64,000 nucleotides of DNA. It comes from Candidatus Micrarchaeota archaeon. GTDB lineage: Archaea > Micrarchaeota > Micrarchaeia > Anstonellales > Bilamarchaeaceae. The stretch spans positions 68,528 to 132,527 of the forward strand of contig JBBSVO010000007.1 of assembly GCA_038046805.1 (NCBI GenBank), given 5' to 3'. The notes under the pieces were generated by a model. That model was not told the DNA's origin and did not search any database. It worked only from the letters and a program-made list of their open reading frames with translations. The position numbers and the translations under genes are program-made. Positions 37,702 to 45,933 of the stretch are shown here, piece after piece (positions within the stretch are counted from its first letter, which is position 1; each line of letters starts with the position of its first letter).

Positions 37702-38346
37702 CTAATCCTCAAACAATTTCCTCTGCTTGATTGTTTCCATTGTTTCCCAGCTTGTGCGGACATGCCCGCGCAATTTGGAAAGGGAGATTTTATCTAGAAG
37801 AACCGCACGGGTTTTCGGATCAGACGGATAACCACTTCCAAAATCAACCCCTGTTTTTGATTTTATTTCCTCGATGATGGCATCACGCCTGAGTTTTGCA
37901 GCGATTGAAGCAGCGGCAACGATTGGATAATTCTCATCAGCCTTATGCTGTGCCTCAAACTTTTTTACTCCGAATTTTTCCATTCTCTTTCGGAATATCC
38001 ATTCATACCTATCAGGAAGGTCAATCATGATGTCAGCTGACTGGTTTGAAGGAAGATGCTTTATCAGTCCTGCCATTCCTTTGGCTTCAATGTCATTAAG
38101 GGATTCCCCATTGGCACGGCGCTGGTCGATTTCGGCTGCACTGATTTCGATTGTTTTGAAATGGCAGAATCCTTTGAGAGCAGCATATGTTTCTGCGCGC
38201 TTTGCTGCAGTAAGCTGTTTTGAATCTTTTTTGCAGAGCTTCTTGAGCTGACGCTCGTCCGAACGGTTACAGTAGGCGATACAGATAACAAGCGGGCCAA
38301 GAACCGGGCCTCTGCCAGCTTCATCGATACCGGTTATAAGAGCCAT
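37702..38346 (-). CDS. rnhB: Ribonuclease HII
   Basis: GIDEAGRGPVLGP, KDSKQL, KADENY..VAAASIAAK, GSGYPSDP. Confidence 0.97.
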   Translation of the reverse strand: MALITGIDEAGRGPVLGPLVICIAYCNRSDERQLKKLCKKDSKQLTAAKRAETYAALKGFCHFKTIEISAAEIDQRRANGESLNDIEAKGMAGLIKHLPSNQSADIMIDLPDRYEWIFRKRMEKFGVKKFEAQHKADENYPIVAAASIAAKLRRDAIIEEIKSKTGVDFGSGYPSDPKTRAVLLDKISLSKLRGHVRTSWETMETIKQRKLFED

Positions 38347-38487
38347 AAACATTAATTGCATGGAAAGAAATTAAGGGGTTCCGAAAAGGGCGGAAATACA
38401 AAAAAATAAAACGTGAAAATGCGGAAAACGAATAAATGAAGCACTGAAGGAAAAATTGAAAATACAAAAAGAAAGAAACTAAAAAAT

Positions 38488-38745
38488 TTAGAACGTGATA
38501 TTCCTTTTCTCAACGATGACGAAGTCGCCAACTGCGAGAACACTCTCGTAGGCAACATTAACCATTCCATCCTCTTTTCGGATTTTAGCCGCAAGTGGAC
38601 TGTCTGGGTTTGGCTCTACAACAAGATGCTCAATCTTCCCTGTAACTTCGTTGATGTTAAGGTCAACAAGTCTCCCAAAATCCTCGCCCTCGTTAGTAAT
38701 GACTTTCTTTCCAGAAAGCTGTCGTGCTATAAGGTATTTTCCCAT
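38488..38745 (-). CDS. PRC-barrel protein (archaeal CdpB-like)
   Basis: LSGKKVITNEG..GRLVDL..TGKI...V.AVGDFVIV. Confidence 0.88.
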   Translation of the reverse strand: MGKYLIARQLSGKKVITNEGEDFGRLVDLNINEVTGKIEHLVVEPNPDSPLAAKIRKEDGMVNVAYESVLAVGDFVIVEKRNITF

Positions 38746-38942
38746 TTAATCACCAATTTACTCGAAAAACGTTATGCGTCTACTTCGCTTTAAAGATTTA
38801 AATAACTTGCGAATTGGGGCATGAACGCATCGAACTGATCGCAGGATTTATACTGTAAGTAAATTTTTAAACCAGTGGGCTGCACTGCAGAGATAACTAC
38901 CAGCGGAACGTTTTTATTCCCTTTCCGAATAAATGTTTAGAT

Positions 38943-39755
38943 ATGGATTCTTCTGAAATGAAAGTAGTTATACTGGCAGGAGGGCAGGGGACCAGATTAC
39001 GTGAGGAAACCGAAATTCGCCCGAAACCTATGGTAGAGGTTGGCGGCAAGCCAATCATCTGGCACATTATGAAGATATACTCTCATTACGGATTCAATGA
39101 TTTTATCGTGAGTGCTGGCTACAAATCTGAATGGATAAAAAGATACTTTCTTGATTACGCAACAATGAGTACGGATTTTACGATTGACTTGTCTGTTGGT
39201 GGAAATAATAACAAACTACAGATTCATGACAAAGAGGAAAAAGAAAAATGGAAAGTCACCGTGGTTGATACCGGATTAGAAACGCAGACTGGTGGAAGAA
39301 TAAAACTAGTTCGAAAATATATAAACGGCACATTCATGGCAACGTACGGAGATGGAGTTGCGAATATCGACATCCCGAAACTCGTTGAGTTCCACGCGCA
39401 GGCGCGGAAAGAAAGCGGTGCGATTGCCACATTAAGCGCGGTTCACCCTGTTGCAAGATTCGGAGAGATTGGATTTGAACCGGACGGAAAACGGGTAAAA
39501 CATTTCATGGAAAAACCACAAACAGACCGGGATTGGATAAACGGCGGATTTTTTGTTCTTGAACCGGAGATTTTTGATTATATTTCACAACCAGTTACGA
39601 ATTTTGAAAGTCAAACTCTCACCACGGTAGCGCAGGAGGGAAAACTCGCTGCATACAAACATGACGGCTATTGGAGATGTATGGATACTCTTCGTGATTG
39701 CCAGCATCTTAACGAGGAATGGAAAGAAGGAAAGGCAGGTTGGAAAATATGGTAG
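38943..39755 (+). CDS. rfbF: Glucose-1-phosphate cytidylyltransferase
   Basis: LAGGQGTRLREET, PKPMVE, TYGDG, WRCMDTLRD. Confidence 0.95.
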   Translation: MDSSEMKVVILAGGQGTRLREETEIRPKPMVEVGGKPIIWHIMKIYSHYGFNDFIVSAGYKSEWIKRYFLDYATMSTDFTIDLSVGGNNNKLQIHDKEEKEKWKVTVVDTGLETQTGGRIKLVRKYINGTFMATYGDGVANIDIPKLVEFHAQARKESGAIATLSAVHPVARFGEIGFEPDGKRVKHFMEKPQTDRDWINGGFFVLEPEIFDYISQPVTNFESQTLTTVAQEGKLAAYKHDGYWRCMDTLRDCQHLNEEWKEGKAGWKIW

Positions 39756-39772
39756 GAAAAACAGGGGACGAA

Positions 39773-40762
39773 ATGACAGGCAAGGATTATTTTTCTGATA
39801 AAAACGTGCTGATTACCGGAGCAACCGGACTGGTTGGACCATACGTAGTGAATGCGTTGCTGGATGCAGGAGTGCAGAACGCGGTTTGCATTGTTCGCGA
39901 CAGGGTTCCGGATTCTATATTTTTTACAGAAGGTGCGGCAAAGAAATGCGTCCTTGTGAGCGGGGAGCTACAGGATTACTTTTTGCTTGAGCGGGTGATT
40001 AATGAGTATGAGATTTCAAATATTATTCATCTTGGCGCGCAGGCAATTGTCGGAACTGCGAACCGCTCTCCGCTCGCAACGTTTGAATCGAATATTAAAG
40101 GAACCTGGAACGTGCTGGAAGCCGCAAGGGTACACGACAAACTCGTTAAGAGCGTGGTTGTTGCATCCAGCGACAAGGCGTATGGTGACCAGGAAAAACT
40201 ACCTTACACTGAGGAAAGCCCGCTTCTGGCTACGCATCCTTATGACGCATCAAAATCATGCGCAGATATTCTCTCCACTGCATATGGAAAAACATATGGA
40301 CTTCCTGTCAGCATATCACGATGCGGTAATTTCTTTGGTGGAGGAGATTTGAATTTCAACAGGATTGTTCCTGGAACGATTCGCAACGCGCATTTCAACA
40401 AGCCTCCGGAAATAAGAGGCGATGGAAAAGCCGTGCGGGATTATATTTACGTAAAGGATGCGGCAAGCGCGTACCTTTTGCTTTCTGAGAAGACGGAAAA
40501 TGCCGGACTTAAAGGCGAAGCGTTCAATTTCAGCAATGAAGTGCAGATGAATGTGCTTGAAATGATGAACAAGATACTTGTACTTATGGGAAAAACAAGT
40601 CTGAAACCGATAATAATGAACAATGCTTCGGGTGAAATTTTCAAACAACATTTGAGCGCTGAAAAGGCCAGAAGAATTCTTGGTTGGAAATCCGAATGGA
40701 CTGTTGATTCTGGATTAAAGGAAACGATTGAATGGTATAAGAAATATTTCAAGGGGGGATAA
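39773..40762 (+). CDS. rfbG: CDP-glucose 4,6-dehydratase-like NAD-dependent epimerase/dehydratase
   Basis: TGATGLVG, SSDKAY, PYDASK, GGGDLN; follows rfbF. Confidence 0.85.
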   Translation: MTGKDYFSDKNVLITGATGLVGPYVVNALLDAGVQNAVCIVRDRVPDSIFFTEGAAKKCVLVSGELQDYFLLERVINEYEISNIIHLGAQAIVGTANRSPLATFESNIKGTWNVLEAARVHDKLVKSVVVASSDKAYGDQEKLPYTEESPLLATHPYDASKSCADILSTAYGKTYGLPVSISRCGNFFGGGDLNFNRIVPGTIRNAHFNKPPEIRGDGKAVRDYIYVKDAASAYLLLSEKTENAGLKGEAFNFSNEVQMNVLEMMNKILVLMGKTSLKPIIMNNASGEIFKQHLSAEKARRILGWKSEWTVDSGLKETIEWYKKYFKGG

Positions 40763-40767
40763 ACTAT

Positions 40768-41208
40768 ATGGGGTTTATGTGCAGGCGCCTGGAAGAATCA
40801 ATAAGAGAGTGTGGAGAAACTGCGCGAAGAAGATGTCCATTATATGATATATCCCCGCGAGGTGAACAAGCTAAACCTTATCGTCTCACTCCGCGTGGAC
40901 TTGCAAAATTATTAGAACATGAACAATGGCTTGCGAGAGAGCAGGGATTAATGAGATTGGGGCGAAACGTTGAGGCACTTGGATTTGTCAAGGAACATTC
41001 AGGATACAATGACGTAAAATCTTGGGCTGGAAAAAAACTTCAATGGGTTGAATCGGAAGGATTCTCACGTGAGATTGGATATGATAGCAAAGCTAAGGTT
41101 ATCTACGAAAAATTTCTAGAGCCACAGATGAGCGCCCCTCCTGAACAAGATTCAGATTTCGTAAAAGGGCTTGTGGCAATACTTGAATCAAAGGAGCCTG
41201 GGGAATGA
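40768..41208 (+). CDS. Orphan protein
   Basis: 146 aa, within the sugar operon; DSDFVKGL motif. Confidence 0.6.
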   Translation: MGFMCRRLEESIRECGETARRRCPLYDISPRGEQAKPYRLTPRGLAKLLEHEQWLAREQGLMRLGRNVEALGFVKEHSGYNDVKSWAGKKLQWVESEGFSREIGYDSKAKVIYEKFLEPQMSAPPEQDSDFVKGLVAILESKEPGE

Positions 41209-41212
41209 TAGC

Positions 41213-41866
41213 ATGACTACACATTGCAAACCTAGTAAAGTAATCTGCTGGCCCTATTGTTGTGCTCCGCATGGTGATGTTGGAATCAAAGCATTGGCAG
41301 CTTTCGGCAGAAGAATACGAGAAAGAGAGCAAAGAAGGCCAGAAAACGCAATAGACCTGACTGGTCTGGAAGTTGCAAGAATGATAGGAAGCAATAGCCT
41401 TAAAGTGGCTGGTGACGGCATTGCGATGTTTGAGGGTAGTGGTGGAATACTTGAATATATCGCAAAAAAACATCCACGCAGCGAGGTTAGGGTAATGGCA
41501 GTAAGATATCTCTTAAAAATGATACGCGAATTGAGTGGGGATGAATATAGTACGCGTAAAGAACTGCTAATGCAAAATGCTAACACTATAGAAAATTCAG
41601 GTAAAGAATACGAAAGGGACGAAGCAGTCTCAAAAATGATGTGGGTTATGCATAAGGCATCAAATACCGGGCATGGTCCAATAACCCGCGCCCCAGAATG
41701 GTATGCTGGTGGGGATTACATAGAAAAACCAATGGAAACCCGGGAAAACGGACCGGATTCGGAATTCGTAATAGGATTGGCAGGAAGGCTTGGATGGAGC
41801 GAATACTCCGATGGTCACAAATACGGGATGGTGCTAAAGAAAAGGACTGGGGCGGTAGAATGGTGA
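41213..41866 (+). CDS. Orphan HEAT-like protein
   Basis: HPRSEVRVMAVRYL; DSEFVIGL motif shared with the previous gene. Confidence 0.6.
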   Translation: MTTHCKPSKVICWPYCCAPHGDVGIKALAAFGRRIREREQRRPENAIDLTGLEVARMIGSNSLKVAGDGIAMFEGSGGILEYIAKKHPRSEVRVMAVRYLLKMIRELSGDEYSTRKELLMQNANTIENSGKEYERDEAVSKMMWVMHKASNTGHGPITRAPEWYAGGDYIEKPMETRENGPDSEFVIGLAGRLGWSEYSDGHKYGMVLKKRTGAVEW

Positions 41867-42183
41867 TGATGAGGATTAACCTGGCAGGGCAAAGCGATGT
41901 CAGGAGAAAAACACGTTCTGAGTACTATGCGCAACTTGTGCAACGAGGGCATATCAAAAGATTTAGGTTATTGTTGTGCCAGTCACGAGGAGAAGAGTTG
42001 AACGACGCAATACGTGTATTGGTCGAAACATTACGGGAAAATAAGGATCCGAAAACAACAGCAGAACTAAACGAGGCAATAACATCACAAACAAGACCTT
42101 GGGTAAATGAGTTGGTTCCTTACTATGTAGAAAAGCTATTAATCCAACGAGACACCGATAAGGTGGTGATTATAAATGATTGA
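41860..42183 (+). CDS. Orphan protein (~105 aa)
   Basis: Overlaps both neighbours, suggesting translational coupling. Confidence 0.5.
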   Translation: MVMMRINLAGQSDVRRKTRSEYYAQLVQRGHIKRFRLLLCQSRGEELNDAIRVLVETLRENKDPKTTAELNEAITSQTRPWVNELVPYYVEKLLIQRDTDKVVIIND

Positions 42184-42625
42184 CGGCGTAAAAATAATCC
42201 TGCTTAAACAAATTCCTGACGAGCGCGGCAAGATAATGCACATGCTCAGATGTGATGACCCCCACTTCGAGAAGTTTGGGGAGATTTATTTTTCGGTTGT
42301 TTATCCGAACGTTGTTAAGGGATGGCACATTCACAAGAAAATGACACTGAATTACGCGGTTGTAAGCGGAACAATAAAACTCGTTTTATATGATGACCGC
42401 GAAGGCTCAAAAACAAAGGGCGAACTGATGGAGCTGAATATCGGGGATGGAAACTACTGCCTTGTAAAAATCCCGCCAATGGTCTGGAATGGATTTAAGG
42501 GAACTGGAACAAATCCTGCGATAGTTGCTAATTGCGCGACAGAACCACACGACCCTGATGAAATCGAAAGAATGGACCCGTTCAAGAACCATATTTTATA
42601 TGACTGGGGATTAAAGCACAGGTAA
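42176..42625 (+). CDS. dTDP-4-dehydrorhamnose 3,5-epimerase-family cupin
   Basis: DERG, VVKGWHIH, VLYDDREGSKT, IPPMVWNGFK. Confidence 0.9.
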   Translation: MIDGVKIILLKQIPDERGKIMHMLRCDDPHFEKFGEIYFSVVYPNVVKGWHIHKKMTLNYAVVSGTIKLVLYDDREGSKTKGELMELNIGDGNYCLVKIPPMVWNGFKGTGTNPAIVANCATEPHDPDEIERMDPFKNHILYDWGLKHR

Positions 42626-42681
42626 GCTGGCAAACAAAAGGTAGATAAGAACGAAAACCAACCAACGGGCTTCTTTATGAA

Positions 42682-42701
42682 TTGAACGGCAAACCGTTCA
42701 A
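42682..42701. repeat. Palindromic element, copy 2
   Basis: TTGAACGG-CAAA-CCGTTCAA. Confidence 0.7.
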
Positions 42702-42725
42702 ATATTTCGCAATGGTGATTGCTCA

Positions 42726-43640
42726 ATGAAAAAAACTGCAGTAGTTATTGGTGCATCAGGGCTTGTCGGCGGATACCTTTTTGAATATTTTTCCAAAAGC
42801 ATGGACGTGGTTGGAACTACGTTCAAAAAAGACCCTGCAAATTTTGAAACACTGGATATGCGGGACGAGGACGCGGTTTCGGGATTCTTTACAAACCACA
42901 AGCCGAACATTGTTTTTCTTCCTGCTGCGATGACGCACGTTGATAGGTGTGAAACCGAGCAAGCAGAGTCGCATTCCATAAACGTAAGCGGAACAAAAAA
43001 CATTGTTAATTGTGCCGCACGGATTGGAGCAAAACTTGTGTTCTTTTCAACTGAATATGTATTTGATGGCGCAGGCGGACCATACTCGGAAACTGATTCG
43101 CCAAATCCCATCAATGTTTACGGAAAACATAAACTTGAAGCAGAGGGAATCGTGCGCGAGACGCTAAACGATGCAGTAATAATCCGCACCACCTGGGTAT
43201 TTGGATGGGAAAAACTAGCAAGGAATTTCGCTCATGCAACTTACAACAAACTTATGGCAGGTGAAGAAGTCCGCGTGCCAAATGATGAAATTTCAACTCC
43301 AACCTATTCAAAAAACATGGTTGCGGCAATAGATTACCTTCTGGAAAAGGATTTCGGCGGCATAATAAACATCGCAGGAACCGACAGACTAAGCAAATAC
43401 GAATGGGCTTGCAGAATTGCTGATGCGTTTGGACTTGGTAGGATAAAAGAAACAAAAATAAAGCCGTTGGAAAGCGACTCGCTTGGAAGACCGGCAAAAA
43501 GACCGAAAAATGCGGGTTTGCTTACAGGAAAACTGAAATCGCTTGGATTTGAACCATGCGATCTTGATGAAGCATTGTTTGACATGAAAACCGCGTTGGT
43601 TGGAAAGGATTTAGAGGATAAACGGGAATATTGGCATTAG
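42726..43640 (+). CDS. rfbD: dTDP-4-dehydrorhamnose reductase family SDR
   Basis: GASGLVG, STEYVFDG, PINVYGKHK, RPAKRP. Confidence 0.88.
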   Translation: MKKTAVVIGASGLVGGYLFEYFSKSMDVVGTTFKKDPANFETLDMRDEDAVSGFFTNHKPNIVFLPAAMTHVDRCETEQAESHSINVSGTKNIVNCAARIGAKLVFFSTEYVFDGAGGPYSETDSPNPINVYGKHKLEAEGIVRETLNDAVIIRTTWVFGWEKLARNFAHATYNKLMAGEEVRVPNDEISTPTYSKNMVAAIDYLLEKDFGGIINIAGTDRLSKYEWACRIADAFGLGRIKETKIKPLESDSLGRPAKRPKNAGLLTGKLKSLGFEPCDLDEALFDMKTALVGKDLEDKREYWH

Positions 43641-43695
43641 AATGAGAAAAGGAAAAGCTAGAGGGGATAGACATTCAATGTGCAATATTTATATA

Positions 43696-43724
43696 CTTTA
43701 ATGCGTATTAAATAAGCATTAAAG
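43696..43724. promoter_or_regulatory. Putative TA operator next to the TATA box
   Basis: TTTATATA at 43688-43695, then CTTTAATGC-N11-GCATTAAAG, then a GAGGTGG SD. Confidence 0.6.
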
Positions 43725-43734
43725 AGGTGGTTAT

Positions 43735-43971
43735 ATGAACGTAAACCTGGGTGCTCCGTACGAAATAATCATAAAAAGGATAATAGAACGGGGTTATGCG
43801 GGCAATCAGACTGAAGTAATCCGACAAGCACTTAATTTATATGAACGCGAAATAGAAGAGGAAGAAGTGATATTAGTCAACAAGGCGACAGATATGGAAA
43901 TGCAACAAATACGAAGCGGAGCAACAAAAACTAAAAGTATTGAAGAGCTGAAGAAGAAATACAGGTTATAA
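43735..43971 (+). CDS. Ribbon-helix-helix antitoxin (ParD/CopG-like)
   Basis: MNVNL...IERGYAGNQTEVIRQAL. Confidence 0.8.
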   Translation: MNVNLGAPYEIIIKRIIERGYAGNQTEVIRQALNLYEREIEEEEVILVNKATDMEMQQIRSGATKTKSIEELKKKYRL

Positions 43972-43999
43972 TCTACTTACAGGGGTCAAAGGCGACAAA

Positions 44000-44260
44000 A
44001 TGAAAATTATTTTCTCAGAAAAGGCCGAACGAGATCTGGATGAGATGGATAGCCAGCTCAGGGCGTTCTTCTTTAAGCACGTTGAGAAAATATCCCAGAT
44101 GCCACCGCGAAGACACATGAAATTCGGACTTCCATTTAATGTTGAAAATGTAACCGATCAGGCGAGATTGGTATATTACATGGAAAAGGAACAACTGATT
44201 GTTTTGAGATGCTTTGACAAACACAAAGATTATGAAAAATGGTATAAATCGTTTAAATAA
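44000..44260 (+). CDS. RelE/ParE-like toxin
   Basis: MKIIFSEKAERDL...ARLVY...HKDYEKW; downstream of the RHH gene. Confidence 0.75.
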   Translation: MKIIFSEKAERDLDEMDSQLRAFFFKHVEKISQMPPRRHMKFGLPFNVENVTDQARLVYYMEKEQLIVLRCFDKHKDYEKWYKSFK

Positions 44261-44280
44261 ATGTTGGAGATGGAGAAAGT

Positions 44281-45639
44281 ATGAACGACACCGAACTTAT
44301 GGACAAAATACTCACACTTACTACAGAGTATTACGAAAAAAAGCATTCTCCGGCCACAAAGAAGTTTGAACCTGGAAAAACATACATTCCTGCATCCGGA
44401 AAGGTATTTGATGCCGAAGAGCTGAAGCAAACCGTGAAATGTGCGCTCGAGTTCTCGATTACTGCGAATGACTATGCCATGGCTCTGGAGAAAAAGCTTG
44501 CAGAGGTTTTCGGGACGAAATTCTGCCTTTTGACAAATTCGGGATCATCCGCGAATCTGCTTGCCGTGGCTGCGCTATGCTCACCTAGGTTGGGCTCAAA
44601 GGCGCTAAAACCAGGAGATGAAGTGATAACCTCAGCGTGCGGATTTCCAACAACCGTAAATCCAATAATTCAAAATGGATTGGTTCCGGTTTTTGTTGAT
44701 GTTGATTCGAACAGCGCGGATGGGAAAAATGGCGATGAACTCGGAACATATAATCCAACCTATGAAACAATCGTTTCCGCAGTTTCTGACAAAACCCGCG
44801 CGATAATGCTAGCGCATACCCTGGGAAACCCTTACGACGCAGAACGGCTCTCCAAATTCGCAAAGGAAACAGGAATATGGCTTATTGAAGACTGTTGTGA
44901 TGCACTTGGCTCACGACTAAATGGAAAAGGGGTCGGAACATTCGGAGACATCGCAACCTTGAGCATGTATCCTGCTCACCACATAACGATTGGAGAGGGC
45001 GGGGCATTATTTACAAATAATCCTCTTCTTAAGCGCGAGATTTCATCATACCGGGACTGGGGTAGGGATTGCTGGTGCGAGGCTGGAAAAGACAACACCT
45101 GCGGAAAAAGGTTTGGATGGAAACTGGGTGAGCTTCCGTTTGGATATGATCACAAGTATATCTACTCAACTATTGGATATAATCTCAAAACTACGGACCT
45201 AAATGCAGCAATGGGGCTTGCACAAATTGAGAAACTGCCGCGATTTATTGAGGCAAGAAAAAAGAATTTCGCAGAGCTCTATGAATATTTGAAACAATAC
45301 CAGCAGTATCTCATATTATCAAAATGGCTGGATGGTGCAGAGCCGAGCTGGTTTGGATTCCTTATTTCAGTGCGTGAGGGTGCGCCGTTCAAACGGGCGG
45401 AATTCGTGGAATTCTTGGAGAGCCGTAAGATTGGAACACGAATGCTGTTTGGGGGAAACTTATTGCGTCAGCCGGCGTATATTGGAATAAAATGCCGCAA
45501 GGTCGGCTCGCTAAAGAATGCGGATTTTGTAATGAATAATACGTTCTGGATTGGGGTTCATCCTGGGATAGATAGAGAAAGGATTGAATATCTCAAGACG
45601 ACGATTGGGGAATTTTTTGCAATCAGAACCAAAGGATAG
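44281..45639 (+). CDS. rfbH: CDP-4-keto-6-deoxyglucose-3-dehydratase (RfbH/DdhC)
   Basis: NSGSSANL, AHTLGNP, EDCCDALG, YPAHHIT (His in place of Lys), DWGRDCWC, GYDHKY. Confidence 0.93.
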   Translation: MNDTELMDKILTLTTEYYEKKHSPATKKFEPGKTYIPASGKVFDAEELKQTVKCALEFSITANDYAMALEKKLAEVFGTKFCLLTNSGSSANLLAVAALCSPRLGSKALKPGDEVITSACGFPTTVNPIIQNGLVPVFVDVDSNSADGKNGDELGTYNPTYETIVSAVSDKTRAIMLAHTLGNPYDAERLSKFAKETGIWLIEDCCDALGSRLNGKGVGTFGDIATLSMYPAHHITIGEGGALFTNNPLLKREISSYRDWGRDCWCEAGKDNTCGKRFGWKLGELPFGYDHKYIYSTIGYNLKTTDLNAAMGLAQIEKLPRFIEARKKNFAELYEYLKQYQQYLILSKWLDGAEPSWFGFLISVREGAPFKRAEFVEFLESRKIGTRMLFGGNLLRQPAYIGIKCRKVGSLKNADFVMNNTFWIGVHPGIDRERIEYLKTTIGEFFAIRTKG

Positions 45640-45645
45640 ATTCCC

Positions 45646-45909
45646 ATGGCAAAGACCAGTACAGATGTTAAAACCGAAATAAACAAAGCATTCCAGGAAA
45701 CTTTCAGGCTTATTTTCGGGGAAGAATGCAAATTGGAATTGGACGACCTGAACGAGTATATGTGGAGATACCACTATCCAATTTATTCAAGGAAATCTGT
45801 CATAACCCCTTCTCGCATTGAAGATTTAAAATTAGTTGGCTTGACAGGAGAGCACGTTAGGGCGAACGCAGCGATTGAAGCTCCGATAATCATTCTTCTC
45901 ATGTTATAA
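45646..45909 (+). pseudogene. Probable truncated 5' gene fragment fused to an opposing gene fragment
   Basis: Plausible N-terminus up to ...RKSVIT; the 3' part is the antisense of a signal-peptide-like ORF at 45783-45902. Confidence 0.45.
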
Positions 45910-45933
45910 ATTTAGTCAAAAAAGGATATAAAT

